This document shows, piece by piece, positions 14,068 to 26,341 of a DNA stretch of 64,000 nucleotides (position 1 is the first letter of the stretch; every line of letters starts with the position of its first letter). The notes beneath the pieces are model-generated. The model ran no database searches. It had not been told where the DNA came from and worked only from the letters and a program-made list of their open reading frames with translations. Position numbers and translations under genes: made by a program. The DNA is taken from assembly GCA_039621445.1 (NCBI GenBank), contig CP154954.1, positions 41,409,572 to 41,473,571 on the forward strand. The letters are read 5' to 3'. Source of the stretch: Euglena gracilis. Taxonomy: Eukaryota.

Positions 14068-15701
14068 AGGGGGGGGGACCCACTTTGGGGTCGAAATCTC
14101 TTTTGGCGATTCATACCGAAAAACCTTCCCCCTTCCAGGGGGCATCCACTCTGCCTGACCCCAACCTCCTGGGGGGGGGGGGGAGGGCACCCCCTTCCTC
14201 CCCCTCCTTTTGGGTCACCAATGTATATAAAAAAAAAACCTCTCACTACGTAAACCCTGGTGGAAATTCTGGTGTTTGGGGCAGGTCACATCCTCCTGCA
14301 CATTCGCGCATGCAGGAGCTGAACGGCAGCTACTCCACCAAAACCACCCCCTCCACCCCCCCACACCACAATGAACGGAAAGAAAGCAAGGAAGCGAAAG
14401 GGGTGAAAAGCAGCAGAAGCAAAGGAACACATTTACCGGAAAACCAAAGGTCTAGGAAACTGGAGCGGAATTACCCCCCCCCCCGTCCACCGACTGGGTT
14501 TCTACAACCTCCGACAAGGGGGGTTGGTCATACGCACCCTGACCTGCAATTTCCCACGTGGGGAGTGGTCATATGACAGGGAGCTAAAAAAAAAATCTTA
14601 CTTTCTCGGGTCACCTGCATCCCCCGACCAGGAGGGGGGGGGTGTCGTACGCACCCCTGACCCGCAAACCCCAATCAGGGAATTTTCGGTATGTCGGGGT
14701 GGTGGGTGGGTAAGGGGGGGACGGGTAATAGCCCGATTTATTATTTGGGCACAAGAAGTCGGATAATATGGGAAGTTTGGGGGGGGGGGCTACAATTGAA
14801 AGCAACAAGGCTGGACAACATTGTGGCGTGCAAGAGTGCATGCCCCACGCCGGCAATTGCATGATCGATGCCCCCTACGGCATGGGGCGCGGGGCAGCGT
14901 ACGTGCCCACTGCGCCAGTGGCCAAGCCAGCCCCAAAGAGGTTGTTCCGACCCCACTGGGCCATGTGCAGGGGGGGATCGATCGCAGGCTCTTATTCGGG
15001 AGCTCCCACATTTCCTTTCAGACTCCGGTAGCATATGCCAATGAACAAGGCATGTTGGAAAAAAAAAAAAAAAACAACAATCCATTGCGTTTTCATTAGG
15101 CGAAACTGCACGTGTGTGCATTTTTGTATATCTTCATCCGACCCCCCTGGGGGGGGGGGGGTAGTGACTGACTGGCTTTCCGAAAGAAGGTGAGTGGCTG
15201 GTTTTTGGAAGAGTGGAAATGACCTCCTTCCGCCCCCACCGGGGGGGGGGGGGTCGGGGTCGGTAAAACGTTGTATGGCCCCAGTCGGACACAGGTGTTT
15301 TGGGGGAAGTTTGGTCCAACGAACGCCCTGTTCAGACTCCAATGGTTTGCCGCCCGAGTGCTTGTTGGGCATGGGGTGACCTTCAAGTGTTGTTCTTTCA
15401 GCCACTTTGGAATCCAAGGGAAATTTGACCAAAAAAAAAACGTGAAAAATGCCAAAAAAAATCCAGCGTCTTCGGCGACAGGTCACCTTAGTGGTGTTTT
15501 GCGACCACCCCCTGTGTGGACTGTGGCTGTTTGTTTGGTGCTCGATCCCCCCCCCCAGGGAGGGGTCCGGGCCAAAAGCCAGTCAGTCACTTTGAAAAAA
15601 CCAGTCACCCACCCCAGGCCGGGGGGGGGGGGAGGGGTTTTATTTTTGGCCTGGGCACCCACACCCCACCCACCACCCTCCAGGGGCCGTGGGTGGCCCA
15701 C

Positions 15702-15770
15702 TTTACTTTGGGGTTACTTTGGGATTACTTTGGGGTTACTTTGGGGTAACTTTGGGGTTACTTTGGGGTC
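15702..15770. repeat. 11-bp tandem repeat (TTTGGGGTTAC), ~6 copies
   Basis: Directly visible. Confidence 0.85.
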
Positions 15771-15829
15771 AATTTTGGAGTGCAAAATTTTTTCGTGGTT
15801 CGTGCAGTCGGGCAGCGACCAAGTGATTG

Positions 15830-16024
15830 AATGACTGGGGCCGCAGCCTCCGTTCCCGCCCTGGCCGCGGGGTGGCCCTGGTGGGCGGTGCGCATCACCT
15901 TCGGCCGCCTCGCCTGCGCATCGGCAGCCCTGGGGCCGGCCTCCCAGTGGCCGTGGTAGGCGCGGGGGGCCTCCCCGCCGGGGACCCACTTCGGGTACTC
16001 CCCGTTTGGGGCGTAGCGGTGGTC
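15830..16024 (-). CDS. Probable orphan coding exon, parent gene unknown
   Basis: GC3-rich frame DHRYAPNGEYPKWVPGGEAPRAYHGHWEAGP, preceded by CTG-CCGAT|G (nonconventional intron 3' end geometry); 3' end uncertain. Confidence 0.45.
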
Positions 16025-18107
16025 ATCGGCAGGCTTTTGGGGGATTCGGCGGGGGGGGGGGGGCAGGTACACCGACCCCCCCCCGCGGAAAGTGTCACCT
16101 GACAGGTGGGCCGGTGCCGGGGACCCTGACAGTTTCCCGGGTCAGGCATTTCAAGGGAAAATCAATGGAAAATTTAACACGTCTTCCTTTTTTCTCATTT
16201 TGTTCTGAAAAAAAGTCCCCCGAAACCGGTCATTTTTGGCAAATTTTGGGAGGCCAAAAAAAAATTCCACTAGCAGTCAGAATATCCACTATTGACGGGG
16301 AAAAAATTCCACTACGCGGGGCTGCTAGCAGTCCACCAGAAATTCCACTGGCCCATTTTAAAGTAGCCGCAGTCCAGCCTGAAGGGGTACTGCAAATCCT
16401 TAAAAAACGCTCCTCGGCTGGAAAAGGCCTGGTCCCGGCCTGGAGGATACCTTGGGCGCCACTTCTGTGACTGTGCTGCCATGGACTCTACAGGGTGTGC
16501 CATGGGCAGGGCTGTCGCGACCGGGTGAAAAAAACTCTGGGAATGGGCTGGGGTCATGGTGATAATCCACGGTTGTCATTACCTGCCAGGGGTGCGTTGG
16601 CAGGGGGGGGGGGCGAGATCCCAAAAAGTTCTAAAAATAGTACTCCTTGCTGTGCTGTGTTGGGACGGGGGGGGGGGGTCTCAGGGTCTCAAGTGTGCTG
16701 CCAACCACAGGAAGGCCTGGTGGGGGCCTTTTTGTGGGTTAACAGCACAGAACCGGGAGGTGGGCGGGTTAAACCCCTCCCCACCCACACAGCACCCGCA
16801 AAGAAAAATGCCTTCGCCGAAGGCATCAAAGGAGAATTTGGGCCTAAAAATCGGCGACCCCGGAAATGCAACCCCCCCCCAAACAAATGACACCCACCCA
16901 TCAGCGACACCCCCCCCCCTCTTCCAAAAGGGCTAAAATGGGGAAGTTGCCCGATTTCGAAAGTCTGGCAAGCTCCCGAGAAAGCCAGTCCCCTAAAATT
17001 TCTAAAAATGCAACTGCAACCTGAAATAAGGGTCCAATTCCATATCCATCGAAAGTTGGCCAGTTCCGGAGGTGGGGGGGGTTACGAAGGTGGCGTGGTG
17101 ACCCCCACCAGGATGGGGGGGTTGACCCCCCACCCACCACCCACAGGGTTTGGGGGATTCCCGTGCAGCCCTGGGCAGAGGCACCACCTCTCTGACGTCC
17201 ACTGTCGCTTCCTCGCAAACAGGCAAACGTATGGCCAAGATTGGATGCTCTGATGCTTTCTCTCCCCGCCCCCAACAACTTCTTGGGCAGTCACCGATTC
17301 CCTGTGGTTTGCATATGGCACACGGTAAACTCTCCCAATCTCATTTCAGGAGAAAATTTCATGCAAAGAGGCTTCAACTGTTCAAATGGCATTTGTGGAA
17401 ATGATCAAATCAACACTGAAATTTTCCAACCTTGAATCTGTCTACGCCAATGCTGCTCCTATAGAACAGTCGGAATGGGGTTCTGTCAACCGGAGGATTC
17501 GGACCAACTGGGCATCTCTGGGTCTCCCGTGCCGACGCATGAGTGCAAGCCTGGCTTCAGCATGTGCTCCCCTGGGCTCTGGACTCTGAAGCTGCCCCCA
17601 CCTCCACCCTCACCCCCCATCACCATGGGGTGAATGCGCTAAAAAATAAAAAAAAAATGCGCAAAAAATGCGAGCCCCTCCCCCTCATCTCCACTCCAAA
17701 TTGCCAGACGGCTGAATCTAAGTTGACCCCCACCCCCCGGCAGGCAGGCCTCCTCCACATCTGCCTGTTTGTTTCCACATGGAGGATCCTGCTGTCCAGG
17801 AGCCCGGCCCGCACACTGCAGGTACGTGCCCAGGCGGCACTTCTCATCGGTGCTCGCATTGGCGAAGACCCGAGTGAAGCTGCCCAGCATGCGCGTCAAA
17901 GGCGTCGCAGGGGATGTGAGGGTGTCGATGCTATCACATGGCAGGCCCCCTCTGGCCCCATCACAGCGGGTGACCAATATTGCAAATGTAACCCATATTA
18001 AATCTAGAAAATTAGAAATATTCAGATTCATTTTTCTTCATAAAGACATTTCTTGAAAAAATCAATTATCATAAATTATTGTAAATTATTCTTTTTCTCA
18101 TTTGTGA

Positions 18108-18214
18108 CAATGATGATGTTGATGACGATGGTGGTGATGACGATGGTGGTGATGACGATGGTGGTGGTGGTGATGATGATGGTGAGGATGATGATGACGA
18201 CGACGACGACGACG

Positions 18215-18289
<75 letters not shown>

Positions 18290-18336
18290 GCAATGACAAT
18301 GATAATGCTAATGATAATGCTAATGATGATGATAAT
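18108..18336. repeat. (GAT)n/(GGT)n/(GAC)n trinucleotide repeat
   Basis: Directly visible. Confidence 0.95.
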
Positions 18337-19569
18337 GCGAAACATGGAACTGCCTGGGGGAAGTTGTCACCTGAGATGTAGGACTAAATGTTCCTCGAAA
18401 CCGTTTACATATTTCTGCCGTGTTTTGGATGCTCTTGGCATAAATCTTGGTTGAAATATGGAAAGAGTGAGGGATTGAGCCCCGTTAGGGTCACCGAGAA
18501 TTTGCGGTGAAAAAATATTGCGGTGTAAAAACCTCATCGTCAAGTGACCATTGCAAAAAATACACCAAAGACGATGTTTCTCACCACTGGGTGACCGCAA
18601 ATCTGATGCATGGCCCTGATACTGTTGACTCCAAAATCCATAAATAGTGAAAAAAAAAAAAAAAAATAAATGTTGGAAAAAATACAAAAAGGTTGGAAAA
18701 ATCAAATAAAATGAGATATCATTCCAACTTGAGTTTACACACCCACACATTTAACAATTAAAGCAGCAGTGGTTTTTAGGCATTTCTTGTCTTTTGGTTT
18801 ATACTCCACATTCAAGTGAACACACACACACACACACACACACATGATCCTCTACCTCATGCGCAATCACAACAAAAAAATAAAGAAACCTGAATAGTGC
18901 TGAGCAACCCATGGGCCAAGGAACTTGAGGAAGTGTTGCGTCGTATCAAGGAGTTGACACGTACGCCCTCCGTCTGTTGCAGAGCTTCGAGGTTAGGGCA
19001 AAGAGAACAAGCAGAAATTAATGTGTTTTCAATTGCATCTTGTGCTCATTGAAGGCAGTCTCTGTTTTTTTTGTGGAAGAGTGTTGTCAATCAATGTCAA
19101 AATAATACCGCCAATGTTGTCCACCACTGAAGAGGCTTTTGCTTTCAGTCAAATGGCTCAGTGTCCATCTCCACCGAGTTGACACAGGGTGAATTTCACA
19201 GAAGAGGTGTTCACAAAACGTGCCCGATGGTTCTGAGTGTTCGCAAGCTGGTGGAAACCCATTAATGAACGTGAAAAATTGGCAACATGCCCAAGCCGCT
19301 CCCGGATCACGCAGACAATCCAATCAGAATGCAATTTCACCAAACGACATTGAATCCATTTGAACCACAGCACGATATGATCTGGCGAGAACTCAATGAG
19401 GAAATGCTGCTGGGCAGGGGTTTTCTTAAGGTGCTTTCATAGCCCAAACCTGGGCCACCAAAAGGTTGTTCCACTGCTGCCACAGCCCTGAAAAAAAAAC
19501 AAAACAATAAAACAATGCCTGGTTTGTGGGGGTTCCAGAGTCCGCACATGACGGTGCCGCACGTTGGTG

Positions 19570-19846
19570 CTTGTGGTATGGTGGACAGTGGTCATTGTCT
19601 GCAACAGAACCCTGGCTGGGGGGGGCACCTGGAAAAAGGTGCTCGCTGGACCCCACCCCACCACCATCACGGCCACTGGAAACTCTGGGCAAATCCCAAA
19701 CCATGCCAAGTTCGTTCGACAGGGTCAGCGATTGATCACTCAGGCCAACAAGGGGCATGAACTCCACCTTCTTGCCCTCGCCAGACGGAGCAGGTGGGGG
19801 TGCGTCGAGGGTGTCCATCAGAAGGTCCATAACCACCGCGTTGGCC
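19570..19846 (-). CDS. Possible downstream exon of the CCCH gene (low-complexity C-terminal region)
   Basis: Open frame ANAVVMDLLMDTLDAPPP... after CTG-CAACC|G; I could not establish its junction with the upstream exon. Confidence 0.35.
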
Positions 19847-20535
19847 GGTTGCAGGCAATGATGAGTCGGGGCATTGGGATGCCCGCAAACCAGAAGAAAT
19901 TAAAGCAATCAAAGGAAGAAATTAATAGACAAGTTAAAAACATTTGGGCACAGGGAATTGTCAAAAACAGATGCCTCATTCGGAATGATTCGGGAAAAAA
20001 GTGTCATTCAAATTGTCTCCCCCCCAAAAAAAACATGGAAGAGAATGCAGACGCAGACATCTCGCATTGAAGACATTGCATTCATTTCATACAGGAGGAT
20101 GCAGAGAAGAGCGTTAAAAAACACTTTCCTCCCTTGATTCAAAGACATTCCTCCTTGCACTGCCTCCCAAATAAAATAAAAAAATGCAAAGAAATTCTTT
20201 TAAGAAAGTCAAGCCTGGCCTCCATTTCCATATGCTTGTCGCTGTCTCTGTCCAGGAATGATTGGTCAAATGCAGGGGGGCGCCGTTTGCCCCAGAACGA
20301 AAGCTAAGGGAAAAAGAGAGAATCACTGAATATCGGAAAAGTGTAACTTGGAGAATGTCTCCAAATTCACAACCCGGAGCTCCATGGCTGTGATACTGGC
20401 ACTCCACTTGCACAACCGGGGTGGCAAAGACTCCACTCTTGATGGTGTTTTGCAAAAAAAAAGTGTGTGATGAACGCCGGCCCTGTCTGGCAAACTCGGG
20501 CGGTGAAGAAGCCCCACTCAATCCGTGCGATTCCG

Positions 20536-20629
20536 TGTCATCCCCGCAGTACGCTTGCCAGATCTCGCGGCAGATGTGCACGTTGCGGCAATCCACCCCA
20601 TAGCGGCACTCGTTCTGCTGGTGGAGGTT
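20536..20629 (-). CDS. CCCH zinc-finger gene exon 4 (3' end uncertain)
   Basis: NLHQQNECRYGVDCRNVHICREIW completes C-x7-C-x5-C-x3-H when joined to exon 3 ending ...TRIC. Confidence 0.85.
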
Positions 20630-21568
20630 GGTGGCAGAGCCCTTGTTCATTGAGGCTGAATGTGAGGAACTTCAGGATGATGGGCTCCTTGGGGCTCGCA
20701 CCCACACCATTGCTTGCTGACACTCCAGGGGGGGGGAGGGGCGTCAGGTTCCACTTTTGAAAAACAGTCGCTTGCGAGTTCCCACCACATTGGAGGAGGG
20801 CACCTGGGCCAGGCATTTGCTAAGACCCTGGGGGGGGGGGTACTGGCTAGCCAATCGGCTAGACACTGGAAAAAATGGACTAGCTAGACCCCCCCTCCCC
20901 CGGGGGGGGGGTCCGGGGGTCCCCCGAACTGGAAAAATGAGGTTTTTAATTGGTTGAAATCAGCCAAAACCCTATTGAAAACCTCATTTTTCCATTTCCG
21001 CCGGTCACTGGAAAAAAAATTCCACTAGCTAGCCCTGCTAGAAATCCCACTAGCCAAATTTGGACTAGCTGCAGTCCAGCCCCCCCCCCCCCCGGGGGGT
21101 ACTGCAATCCCTTAAGCAAATGCCTGCTCTGGGCACTTGAACCAAAATGGCTCTAAGCGCAAGAGTTTGGCTACTTTTCAGAAAAGCGTTCCAGCAACAG
21201 GTGGCCTCGCCGCTTTCATCCAATTCTGGCAGACTCCACCTGGGGGGTCTCCGAGCCAAAAACCAAATCAGTCAACATCTGGGGGGTGGGGGGGGGGGCA
21301 GAAACCTCATGCAATACGGCATGCCCCCATCCCCTGGCCACACCACGATGCTTAATAATACCCCCCCCCGGGAATGTGAAACTAAAATTTGCCTTTTCAA
21401 AACGTGCACGGGGGGGGGGGCACAGCTGGGAAAAGGTGCTGCTGGTTTTTTTGAAAGTGCCCCCTTCAGAGAGGTGCGCCGGGGAGGATGGGCTTGGGGG
21501 TTGAGAATGATTGGCGACTCCTGAATCCACTTGAAAGAAAGTGGCAAAGCTGGAGGAAAGCTCTGGCC
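20630..21568 (-). other. Euglenid nonconventional intron
   Basis: 5' GGC-CAGAGC and 3' GCTCTG-CCACC; CAG at +4..6, CTG at -8..-6, Y|R at both junctions; removal restores the zinc finger in frame. Confidence 0.85.
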
Positions 21569-21738
21569 GCAAATGCGGGTGCTGGGAACTGTGATGGTTG
21601 TTGCTGGCAGGCAGGTGATCAAGCATCGCTCCCAGTGATTGGTGATTGCAATGTGGTTGGGCGGGATGGGAACGACAGTCCCATCGGCCAACTTCACTTC
21701 CACTTGATGCTCCAACAAAAATGTCCGGATGTCCTGAC
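21569..21738 (-). CDS. CCCH zinc-finger gene exon 3
   Basis: 170 nt, QDIRTFLLEHQVEVKLADGTVVPIPPNHIAIT...VPSTRIC; phases match both neighbours. Confidence 0.85.
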
Positions 21739-22394
21739 ATGGGCATGGCTTGTTGCAAATTGTTGCAAAGAAAAAAAGACAGGGAGGGGTGCTCCACTCC
21801 ACCCTTGCAGTTAGTGCGCTGCAGCGTAAATTTTCTTCCACGGCGATCACGGCACAAACAAATTTTTTTTGCCATGGGGTCACAGCGTAAAGCACTACAA
21901 GGAATCTGACGCAGTGCAGCCGGTAACAAAAAATATTGCAGAAGAAAAAAAAACAAATTTTCTGGTTACACTGTGCTTCATTCATGCTGCCAGATGCTCC
22001 AGTTACACCTAGCGTCTGAAATGTTTGTCCACAAAGGGCAACTGTACCCGATCCAAGTGCAAAAATTCTCGGAACGGAGGCAAATATTTTTTGGGATAAG
22101 TGCAAACAAATTGTTTGCATGTAAGCAAAAAAAATTGACCGGAAGTGCAAAAATATACGGTGTGAAGTGCGAAAATTTCAGGCGTTAGGTGTAGCTCAAC
22201 ATTCAATGTTGCGGAATAATAAATGAAAAAGGATTTTTTTTTTCAAAAGCAGGATGATGCAACAGTTGCTTTCTGTTGCATCATCTTCTTTTTGAAGATG
22301 ATGATATACTGGCAATAATGATGCTAAACACACTTTTTTTTTTTTGAAATGGAGAACCTTTATTTCAGTCCAAACAACACAACAAGCCCTGACT
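21739..22394 (-). other. Euglenid nonconventional intron
   Basis: 5' AGT-CAGGGCTTGTTG pairs with 3' CAACAAGCCATG-CCCAT (11 of 12 bp); removal gives in-frame HGDLGAGRQDIR. Confidence 0.82.
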
Positions 22395-22537
22395 GGCCGG
22401 CACCGAGGTCACCATGTTCTACACAGCAGTTGGTGACTTGTTGGGCATAGATAGCCTTGTGAAGGTTCTTCATATGAGAGCGCTTCACATGGATTTGGTT
22501 GCACTTTGCCCCAGCATTGCAACGCCCCTCCTGATAC
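22395..22537 (-). CDS. CCCH zinc-finger gene exon 2
   Basis: 143 nt, YQEGRCNAGAKCNQIHV...NCCVEHGD. Confidence 0.87.
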
Positions 22538-22745
22538 GCCAACAGATCTCATTCAAGATTCTGGACGAATAGGCAAGCAAAAGTTGATCAGGTGTGGGCA
22601 AACTGATTAATCAACTGGACTTTCGGTTGACTGATTAACTGATCTCCGAAAACTTGGAAAACTTTCACCCGAATTAGGAATATCATCAAATCAGGATTTC
22701 AGCCCCAAATGAGAAACCTCAACCCCAAATTTAGCATTCTATATA

Positions 22746-22845
22746 TAAATCAACAGACACTAACGATTTCAGCAGGGGCGCCGGGCCGTGCGAGCGAAGC
22801 GAGGGCCCGGCGCCCCTGCTGAAATCGTTAGTGTCTGTTGATTTA
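22746..22845. repeat. Perfect hairpin with 42-bp arms and a 16-nt loop containing GCGAAGC
   Basis: 22746-22787 is the exact reverse complement of 22804-22845. Confidence 0.95.
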
Positions 22846-22950
22846 CTAAAACCTATTTCGTCTGGGCCCGCACGCCTGTCTTGAAAATTCATTCGACCGA
22901 TGCACCTGGCTTGAGTTTTGGCCGGTTTTGTCGTTTTTTCAAGAAAACGT

Positions 22951-23202
22951 ACGCCGTCTTGGAAATCGTTTTACACTAACACATCCCTGTCTTGGAAATC
23001 GTTTTACACTAACGGATCCCTGTCTTGGAAATCGTTTTACACTAACGGATCCCTGTCTTGGAAATCGTTTTACACTAACGGTCGCCTGTCTTGGAAATCG
23101 TTTTACACTAACAAACGCCTGTCTTGGAAATTGTTTTACACTAACAAACGCCTGTCTTGGAAATCGTTTTACACTAACAAACGCCTGTCTTGGAAATCGT
23201 TT
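22951..23202 (+). repeat. 33-bp tandem array, ~7.5 units
   Basis: Unit CGCCTGTCTTGGAAATCGTTTTACACTAACAAA. Confidence 0.97.
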
Positions 23203-23252
23203 GCTCTTTGATGATGGTGATATGTTCTTCTTGTCCTCAGTTTTTGTTCTTA

Positions 23253-24270
23253 ATGGCTAAACGGGCGAACCTTGTGGCGTTGGCCGGACTGAAACCTCCG
23301 CCCCCCCTGAGGAATTTGTTGCTGCGATCCGCAAAATTTCTGAGGGCGGTAAGCAGGAGGCAGATGACCCGGTGAACGGCCCCTTGTTTGCTAAGAAAGA
23401 AACCAAGAGACTTTCCGGAGCGCAAGGCGTCCAACGATCCGGCATCCTACATTTTCTGACTTTTGTCGATTTTTGTGCGGATAACGGGTTAAAGTATGAC
23501 TCGTTGGACGAATATTTGCGAGGTTGGGCTCGTCGCACCATTTTTCCGGTGTATTTGTTTGACGATGAGGCTGACGTGGAAAGTTGCAAACAACAGCGGG
23601 CCACACAGAACTTCCCACTAAAGAACTTTCTGCAGACTCCTGGCGAAGTTATGTGAACGGCATGATGAGGGCGTACAATGCAACGGCCCCAAAAATTGCC
23701 TTGGCTGCCTTCGTGGATCGTCAATTTCCGTTGCTGAATGAATTTGCTGCCCCGGTGCTCAAACGTGAAAGAGGGGTGCGTGCCATGGAAGCAGCTCAAC
23801 GAACGACACCAGGGATTTTGACAGAGGAGGAACTTCTGTCCCTCCGAACGCGTTTTGACGCAAACAACGTTCTGCAGATGCAGCGGTGGAATTTGCTGAT
23901 TTTTGGATTCAGGACGGGTTTGCGTGCCGAGGTTTTGAGTCGGCTGACCACAAAATCCCTGTTGTTGAGCCAAGTTGATGGGCAAAAAACTCTGTCGTTT
24001 GTTGTGGGCTCTATGAAAAACATGCCCGCCGACATGGCCCACGATGCCCACTTGTTCCGCCAAGTTATTGCCCCCTCCCCAGACCCCTCCATTTGCGCCA
24101 TTGCGGCGTTTGAAAGGCAGTGCGAGCTTTTGCGTGGAACCGCCAGTTCCGCCTCAGGCGAGAACGATTTTTGTTCCGCACTGTGACTCTGTTTTCAAAG
24201 GCGCTTGGCAGCGGGCCAATTGGCGACGGGGTTTTTCGGGGAGTGGCCGACTGGGTCTCCAAATGTTTTG
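23253..24270 (+). pseudogene. Tyrosine recombinase, frameshifted and C-terminally truncated
   Basis: Box I LLIFGFRTGLRAEVLSRL, then a K in SMKN, SICAIAAF (CPVxAF-like) and DFLFR; frameshifts near 23305, 23590 and 24170; no HxxR or catalytic Tyr before the array begins. Confidence 0.75.
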
Positions 24271-24313
24271 CAACGCAAGGTCACTTTCAAACGCAAGGTC
24301 ACTTCACTTTGGT

Positions 24314-25760
24314 CTGTCTTGGAAATCGTTTTACACTAACGATCGCCTGTCTTGGAAATCGTTTTACACTAACGGTCGCCTGTCTTGGAAATCGTTTTAC
24401 ACTAACAAACGCCTGTCTTGGAAATTGTTTTACACTAACAAACGCCTGTCTTGGAAATCGTTTTACACTAACAAACGCCTGTCTTGGAAATTGTTTTACA
24501 CTAACAAACGCCTGTCTTGGAAATTGTTTTACACTAACAAACGCCTGTCTTGGAAATCGTTTTACACTAACAAACGCCTGTCTTGGAAATCGTTTTACAC
24601 TGACGGTCGCCTGTCTTGGAAATCGTTTTACACTAACAAACGCCTGTCTTGGAAATCGTTTTACACTAACAAATGCCTGTCTTGGAAATCGTTTTACACT
24701 AACAAACGCCTGTCTTGGAAATTGTTTTACACTAACAAACGCCTGTCTTGGAAATCGTTTTACACTAACGATCGCCTGTCTTGGAAATCGTTTTACACTA
24801 ACAAACGCCTGTCTTGGAAATCGTTTTACACTAACAAACGCCTGTCTTGGAAATCGTTTTACACTAACAAACGCCTGTCTTGGAAATTGTTTTACACTAA
24901 CAAACGCCTGTCTTGGAAATTGTTTTACACTAACAAACGCCTGTCTTGGAAATTGTTTTACACTAACAAACGCCTGTCTTGGAAATCGTTTTACACTAAC
25001 AAACGCCTGTCTTGGAAATCGTTTTACACTAACGATCGCCTGTCTTGGAAATCGTTTTACACTAACGATCGCCTGTCTTGGAAATCGTTTTACACTAACG
25101 ATCGCCTGTCTTGGAAATCGTTTTACACTAACAAACGCCTGTCTTGGAAATTGTTTTACACTAACAAACGCCTGTCTTGGAAATCGTTTTACACTAACAA
25201 ACGCCTGTCTTGGAAATTGTTTTACACTAACAAACGCCTGTCTTGGAAATTGTTTTACACTAACAAACGCCTGTCTTGGAAATCGTTTTACACTAACAAA
25301 CGCCTGTCTTGGAAATCGTTTTACACTAACGGTCGCCTGTCTTGGAAATCGTTTTACACTAACAAACGCCTGTCTTGGAAATCGTTTTACACTAACAAAT
25401 GCCTGTCTTGGAAATTGTTTTACACTAACAAACGCCTGTCTTGGAAATTGTTTTACACTAACGATCGCCTGTCTTGGAAATCGTTTTACACTAACGATCG
25501 CCTGTCTTGGAAATCGTTTTACACTAACGATCGCCTGTCTTGGAAATCGTTTTACACTAACGGTCGCCTGTCTTGGAAATCGTTTTACACTAACAAACGC
25601 CTGTCTTGGAAATTGTTTTACACTAACAAACGCCTGTCTTGGAAATCGTTTTACACTAACGGTCGCCTGTCTTGGAAATCGTTTTACACTAACAAACGCC
25701 TGTCTTGGAAATCGTTTTACACTAACAAATGCCTGTCTTGGAAATCGTTTTACGCTAACG
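24314..25760 (+). repeat. 33-bp tandem array, ~44 units
   Basis: Same unit as 22951-23202 with AAA/GAT/GGT and C/T variants. Confidence 0.98.
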
Positions 25761-26341
25761 GATTCAGCCTGAAATCTGCTACTGTCTGTAGAAATTCAAG
25801 ACAGGCGTCGGGCCCAGGAAATAGGTTTTAAGTCTCAGAATTAACAATTAACTGTCGGAAATCCCCCCCCCTCCACGGCTAGTTGATTAGTGGTGGTCGT
25901 AGTTAATTTGCTGACGTTGGTTTGCCAAACAACCCTGCAAAAGAGCTGAAAATAGGCCTCTTGTGTGAGATTGCGTGTGGCATCACACTTCAACATTAGG
26001 CGTGCTGTTTGTCAAAGGTCCTCCCCCCAACCCCAAATTCCCCCAAAACAGTTGGATTGATTTTGCCACTCCAAATTGTTCAACATTGTTCACCCCCCCC
26101 TTCCCTGGTGGTAAGCTTTGCTCTGATCTCTGAAGCGACCCCAACTCGACCTCCACTGTAATACCTCCACTGCAATGCCGCCCCTTTTTTGAGATTTAAG
26201 CCCCCCCTCCAAAATTCAATTTCTCTGAATTCTCTGAATTCGGTTCAAAATACAAACAAATCCGGGCGTTCCTGAAACGCCAAAAAATGTCCCATACTTG
26301 AAAATGCTGGTTTCTGTAGGAAACACCCGCACGGCGCAAGG

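Larger units (their letters stand above)
22847..25830 (+). mobile_element. Tyrosine-recombinase (Crypton-like) DNA element with ~40-bp imperfect TIRs
   Basis: TAAAACCTATTTCgtCTGGGCCCGcACGCCTGTCTTGAA at 22847 is inverted at 25791-25830; contains a YR pseudogene between two 33-bp arrays. Confidence 0.75.

Noticed and set aside
15702-15770. Telomere
   Set aside because: A short internal 11-bp repeat; the TTAGGG doublets at ~29133 and ~60381 are also too short.
18053-18454. Poly-Met, poly-Ser and poly-Ile ORFs
   Set aside because: Translations of the (GAT)n repeat.
20630-20760. Frameshifted CCCH pseudogene (NEQGLC continuing into NLHQQ)
   Set aside because: The apparent frameshifts here and at 22540 are better explained by nonconventional intron ends.
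24314-25760. CRISPR array
   Set aside because: Units abut head to tail with no unique spacers, there are no cas genes, and the context is eukaryotic.
24044-25831. 595-aa and 550-aa repeat-protein ORFs
   Set aside because: A 33-bp unit without stops in two frames produces both; nothing indicates coding selection.
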